From IMG/VR virus record IMGVR_UViG_3300017752_000005: a stretch of 20,000 bases of DNA; one strand, given 5' to 3'. Positions 18,044-20,000 of this stretch are shown in pieces (within the stretch, counting starts at the first letter, position 1; each line of letters opens with the position of its first letter). The notes beneath the pieces are model-generated. The model was given only the letters and a program-made list of their open reading frames with translations. It ran no database searches and was not told the origin of the DNA. A program made the translations under genes and the position numbers. This stretch comes from an uncultured virus (IMG/VR IMGVR_UViG_3300017752_000005). Its lineage: Duplodnaviria; Heunggongvirae; Uroviricota; Caudoviricetes.

Positions 18044-18122
18044 CGTAAGTCGTTGAGGCTTAGGGAGTTACGTCGGCGCGCCCCGCCCGTCAGCGTAACT
18101 CGTTGACGCTTAAGCAGTTACG
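18044..18122. repeat. Palindrome cluster A: two 29-bp 13-3-13 palindromes with 21-bp GC linker
   Basis: CGTAAGTCGTTGA-GGC-TTAGGGAGTTACG (18044-18072), linker TCGGCGCGCCCCGCCCGTCAG, then CGTAACTCGTTGA-CGC-TTAAGCAGTTACG (18094-18122). Confidence 0.9.
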
Positions 18123-18154
18123 AAGATACCGATTCAGCTACCATGCCAAGCCAC

Positions 18155-18226
18155 CATACGCGATCACGCCATGTAATCTAATAAAAAAGAAGTTGCGATT
18201 ACCTTATGATGTGGTAAATTATATAC
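18155..18226 (+). promoter_or_regulatory. Cassette promoter 4
   Basis: CATACGC-GATC-ACGCCAT 18155-18172; TTGCGA 18193-18198; TAAATT 18215-18220; ATG 18227. Confidence 0.85.
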
Positions 18227-18457
18227 ATGAACAAGACCTTTACTAATAACAACGGCGAGCGCGTCGAGTGCGTCGAGATCGCTACGCTATACCCTAGCGA
18301 GGCATTCCAGAACCGCAACGCGCAAGAGCGTCAAGCGGCTGCTGACGAGAACAACGATGGCAAGTTGGGCGAAGTGTGCCGCTTCGGTGGTGGTGGCGAC
18401 CATCAGCTTTTGGTGGACATCGACAGCAAGGTGTGGTGGGAGCAAGACTACAGGTAA
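18227..18457 (+). CDS. Hypothetical protein, 76 aa
   Basis: Starts 6 nt after the -10 box. The stop lies inside the next cassette palindrome. Confidence 0.75.
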   Translation: MNKTFTNNNGERVECVEIATLYPSEAFQNRNAQERQAAADENNDGKLGEVCRFGGGGDHQLLVDIDSKVWWEQDYR

Positions 18458-18524
18458 CGTGATCGCGCCATACCTAACACACAAAAACAATTTGACTTAT
18501 ACCAATACTGTGTTACATTATACC
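18454..18524 (+). promoter_or_regulatory. Cassette promoter 5
   Basis: GTAACGT-GATC-GCGCCAT 18454-18471; TTGACT 18492-18497; TACATT 18514-18519; ATG 18525. Confidence 0.85.
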
Positions 18525-18695
18525 ATGAACAAGAAAACATACATCATCACCCTCCTTGCTAACAACGGCGAAACTCACACCTTCAACTGGGAAGGAGAGG
18601 GTTTCTTTGCCGCTTGCAGGGATGCAATGGCATCGGTCGTGAAACTCCACGACGGGCGACAGTGGGAACTGGTAGAGGCCAAGCTCCTAGCTTAA
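18525..18695 (+). CDS. Hypothetical protein, 56 aa (MNKKTYIITLLANNGE...; true start of ORF-track 18357..18695)
   Basis: ATG lies 5 nt after the -10 box. Confidence 0.75.
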   Translation: MNKKTYIITLLANNGETHTFNWEGEGFFAACRDAMASVVKLHDGRQWELVEAKLLA

Positions 18696-18708
18696 CCACC
18701 TTGTAAAT

Positions 18709-18807
18709 ATGAAAGACATCTTTTCTCTAGCCATTCACGGAATCTACTGTATGCTTGCCATCATTCTCATTGCTCTCTTCGTTAACGTCATCCTAAACTT
18801 TTACTAA
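18709..18807 (+). CDS. Small single-TM membrane peptide, 32 aa (MKDIFSLAIHGIYCMLAIILIALFVNVILNFY)
   Basis: Translated by hand; TAATG coupling to the next ORF. Confidence 0.6.
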   Translation: MKDIFSLAIHGIYCMLAIILIALFVNVILNFY

Positions 18808-18983
18808 TGAACCAACAACATCTACGCTTTGCACGGTCCCACGATTGGGGCCGTGAGGCTTTCCTAAACAATGGAAGGCTCTTCATCATCAACAGCGAGC
18901 CAGCCGAATCTTACGGCGTGAGCCGTGGAGCTTGGATTGAGTTCACTTCCTTTGATAACCTCCGCGCATGGGCGGGATACTAA
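18807..18983 (+). CDS. Hypothetical protein, 58 aa (MNQQHLRFARSHDWG...FDNLRAWAGY)
   Basis: Translated by hand and coupled to the upstream stop. The HDW...LR.WAGY pattern resembles small phage hypotheticals (from recall, unverified). Confidence 0.7.
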   Translation: MNQQHLRFARSHDWGREAFLNNGRLFIINSEPAESYGVSRGAWIEFTSFDNLRAWAGY

Positions 18984-18991
18984 AAAACAAA

Positions 18992-19198
18992 ATGAGATAC
19001 TTCCTCCTAACACTAACACTGTCACCAATGCTTGCACTAGCAAACGCACCACAGCCACGCGACTTCAGACCGCTGTTGCCTAACAACACCATAAAAAAAC
19101 AAGAGTTAGAGTTACCGAGTTGGGACGGCAGCGAGACACACCGCGCACCCGAAGCCAGTCTGTTTCCAACCCGCGACAAACGCGCTGTAAGTCGTTGA
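18992..19198 (+). CDS. Small secreted-type hypothetical protein, 68 aa (start moved from 18968 to 18992)
   Basis: Signal-peptide-like MRYFLLTLTLSPMLALA. The TGA stop lies within the first palindrome of cluster B. Confidence 0.6.
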   Translation: MRYFLLTLTLSPMLALANAPQPRDFRPLLPNNTIKKQELELPSWDGSETHRAPEASLFPTRDKRAVSR

Positions 19199-19264
19199 AT
19201 ATCAACGAGTTAGGGCTGCGCGCCCCCCGCGCCGACGTAACTCACTGATGGTCAATGAGTTACG
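19186..19264. repeat. Palindrome cluster B
   Basis: TGTAAGTCGTTGA-ATA-TCAACGAGTTAGG (19186-19214), 21-bp linker GCTGCGCGCCCCCCGCGCCGA, then CGTAACTCACTGA-TGG-TCAATGAGTTACG (19236-19264). Confidence 0.9.
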
Positions 19265-19296
19265 CAGATAGCCTTTCAGCAACCATGCCAAGCACT

Positions 19297-19367
19297 AATA
19301 CGCAATCGCGTATAGCTAACAGGCAAAAAAAGAATTGCGCGCTACAGAATTTGTGGTATATTGGGGC
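19297..19367 (+). promoter_or_regulatory. Cassette promoter 6
   Basis: AATACGC-AATC-GCGTATA 19297-19314; TTGCGC 19335-19340; TATATT 19357-19362; ATG 19368. Confidence 0.85.
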
Positions 19368-19547
19368 ATGACATTAGAACAGCAGAAAGCATATGACGCA
19401 GGTTTCGAGGGAACCGCCGAACGCGAGGAGATCGCCCCCAACTTCCTCCAGTTTTTTGACGAGGGCGTGGCTGACGAGCGCGCAGTCGCCCAAGCGGAGA
19501 TGGCAGACTGGCATCAGGAAACATCTGGTTACGGGTGGGACGCATAA
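19368..19547 (+). CDS. Small acidic protein, 59 aa (start moved from 19335 to 19368)
   Basis: ATG lies 5 nt after the -10 box. The TAA stop lies inside the first palindrome of cluster C. Confidence 0.75.
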   Translation: MTLEQQKAYDAGFEGTAEREEIAPNFLQFFDEGVADERAVAQAEMADWHQETSGYGWDA

Positions 19548-19669
19548 CCCGTTGAGCGTCAACGAGTTACGGGGGCGCGCCCCTCTCGTCGGCGTAAGTC
19601 GTTAAGCCTCAGTGAGTTACGACAATAGACCTCGCCGCCTCGTAAGTCGTTGAGCATCAATAACTTATG
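19543..19669. repeat. Palindrome cluster C (three copies)
   Basis: Copies at 19543-19571, 19593-19621 and 19641-19669, with linkers of 21 bp (GGGGCGCGCCCCTCTCGTCGG) and 19 bp. Confidence 0.9.
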
Positions 19670-19683
19670 TAATATATTACATT

Positions 19684-19779
19684 CTATTTGTTATTTATCT
19701 ATTTGCTATTTGCTATTTAGCTATTTGTTGTTTAGCTATTTGCTATTTGTTGTTTTATTTGGCATTCTATTTGGCATTG
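19684..19779 (+). repeat. Degenerate T-rich tandem repeat (GCTATTT-like 7-8-mers)
   Basis: ctatttg ttatttat ctatttg ctatttg ctatttag ctatttg ... ggcattctatttggcattg. Confidence 0.8.
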
Positions 19780-19853
19780 TTGGCGTGATCGCGTGATGTG
19801 ATTTGAATAAAAAATCATTTGCAACCTAAATTTAAATAGTGTATATTATCACC
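19780..19853 (+). promoter_or_regulatory. Cassette promoter 7 (also contains GTGTAT)
   Basis: TTGGCGT-GATC-GCGTGAT 19780-19797; TTGCAA 19819-19824; TATATT 19842-19847; ATG 19854. Confidence 0.8.
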
Positions 19854-19985
19854 ATGAGCAAGCCTCTCAAGCATAAAGCTGCCTTTGGTCGCGGCCCTTC
19901 CTTTGTATTGAACAAGGGAACTAAGGTGGTGTCTTCTAAGAAGAAAGAAGAAAATAAAAATGCTTGTAGGAAAAAGGATTGGTGA
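19854..19985 (+). CDS. Small very basic protein, 43 aa (MSKPLKHKAAFGRGPSF...NACRKKDW)
   Basis: Translated by hand; ATG lies 6 nt after the -10 box. Confidence 0.7.
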   Translation: MSKPLKHKAAFGRGPSFVLNKGTKVVSSKKKEENKNACRKKDW

Positions 19986-20000
19986 GATGTCGGACACTAT

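Noticed and set aside
18044..19669. 29-bp palindromic repeats with ~20-bp spacers as a CRISPR mini-array
   Set aside because: Repeats differ at many positions, the spacers are short and resemble each other (shared GCGCGCCCC), clusters hold only 2-3 copies, and no cas genes are in the window.
17047..19853. Integron attC-type cassette array
   Set aside because: No GTTRRRY/RYYYAAC core pairs bound the genes, each unit has its own promoter, and no integrase is visible.
18287..19997. ORF-track entries 18287-, 18864-, 18943-, 19342-, 19374-, 19393+ and 19815-
   Set aside because: They overlap promoter-supported plus-strand microgenes or run through promoters and palindromes.
16745..20000. tRNA or other known structured RNA genes
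   Set aside because: No cloverleaf with a T-loop GTTCRA and matching acceptor stem was found by eye. A tRNAscan or Infernal run would be needed to exclude them fully.

Overview
This window is best read as part of a tailed dsDNA phage genome, probably infecting a PVC-superphylum host (Verrucomicrobia/Planctomycetes, inferred from a DUF1549/DUF1553 + DUF1501 pair). Bases 1-16725 are an AT-rich, mostly minus-strand late/structural block. It holds an amidase, a large terminase, a C2H2-finger/ERCC4-type nuclease, a sigma-factor-like protein, PhoH, a duplicated tail-fibre/LamG module, NlpC/P60 and the DUF1549-DUF1501 pair. Nine operon heads in this block carry a GTGTA(A/T) motif 6-15 nt upstream of the ATG, a candidate late promoter. 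After a G-rich/C-rich switch at about 16860-17030 comes a plus-strand, visibly GC-richer array of tiny ORFs built from seven repeated expression cassettes. Each cassette has an 18-bp pseudo-palindrome at fixed distance, an A-tract, sigma70-like -35/-10 boxes and an ATG only 5-6 nt after the -10 box (leaderless). Interspersed are three clusters of a 29-bp (13-3-13) palindrome with a conserved GCGCGCCCC linker, two sigma54-like sites and two microsatellites. This cassette and palindrome architecture is the most unusual feature. All protein assignments come from motif recognition by eye; no searches were run.
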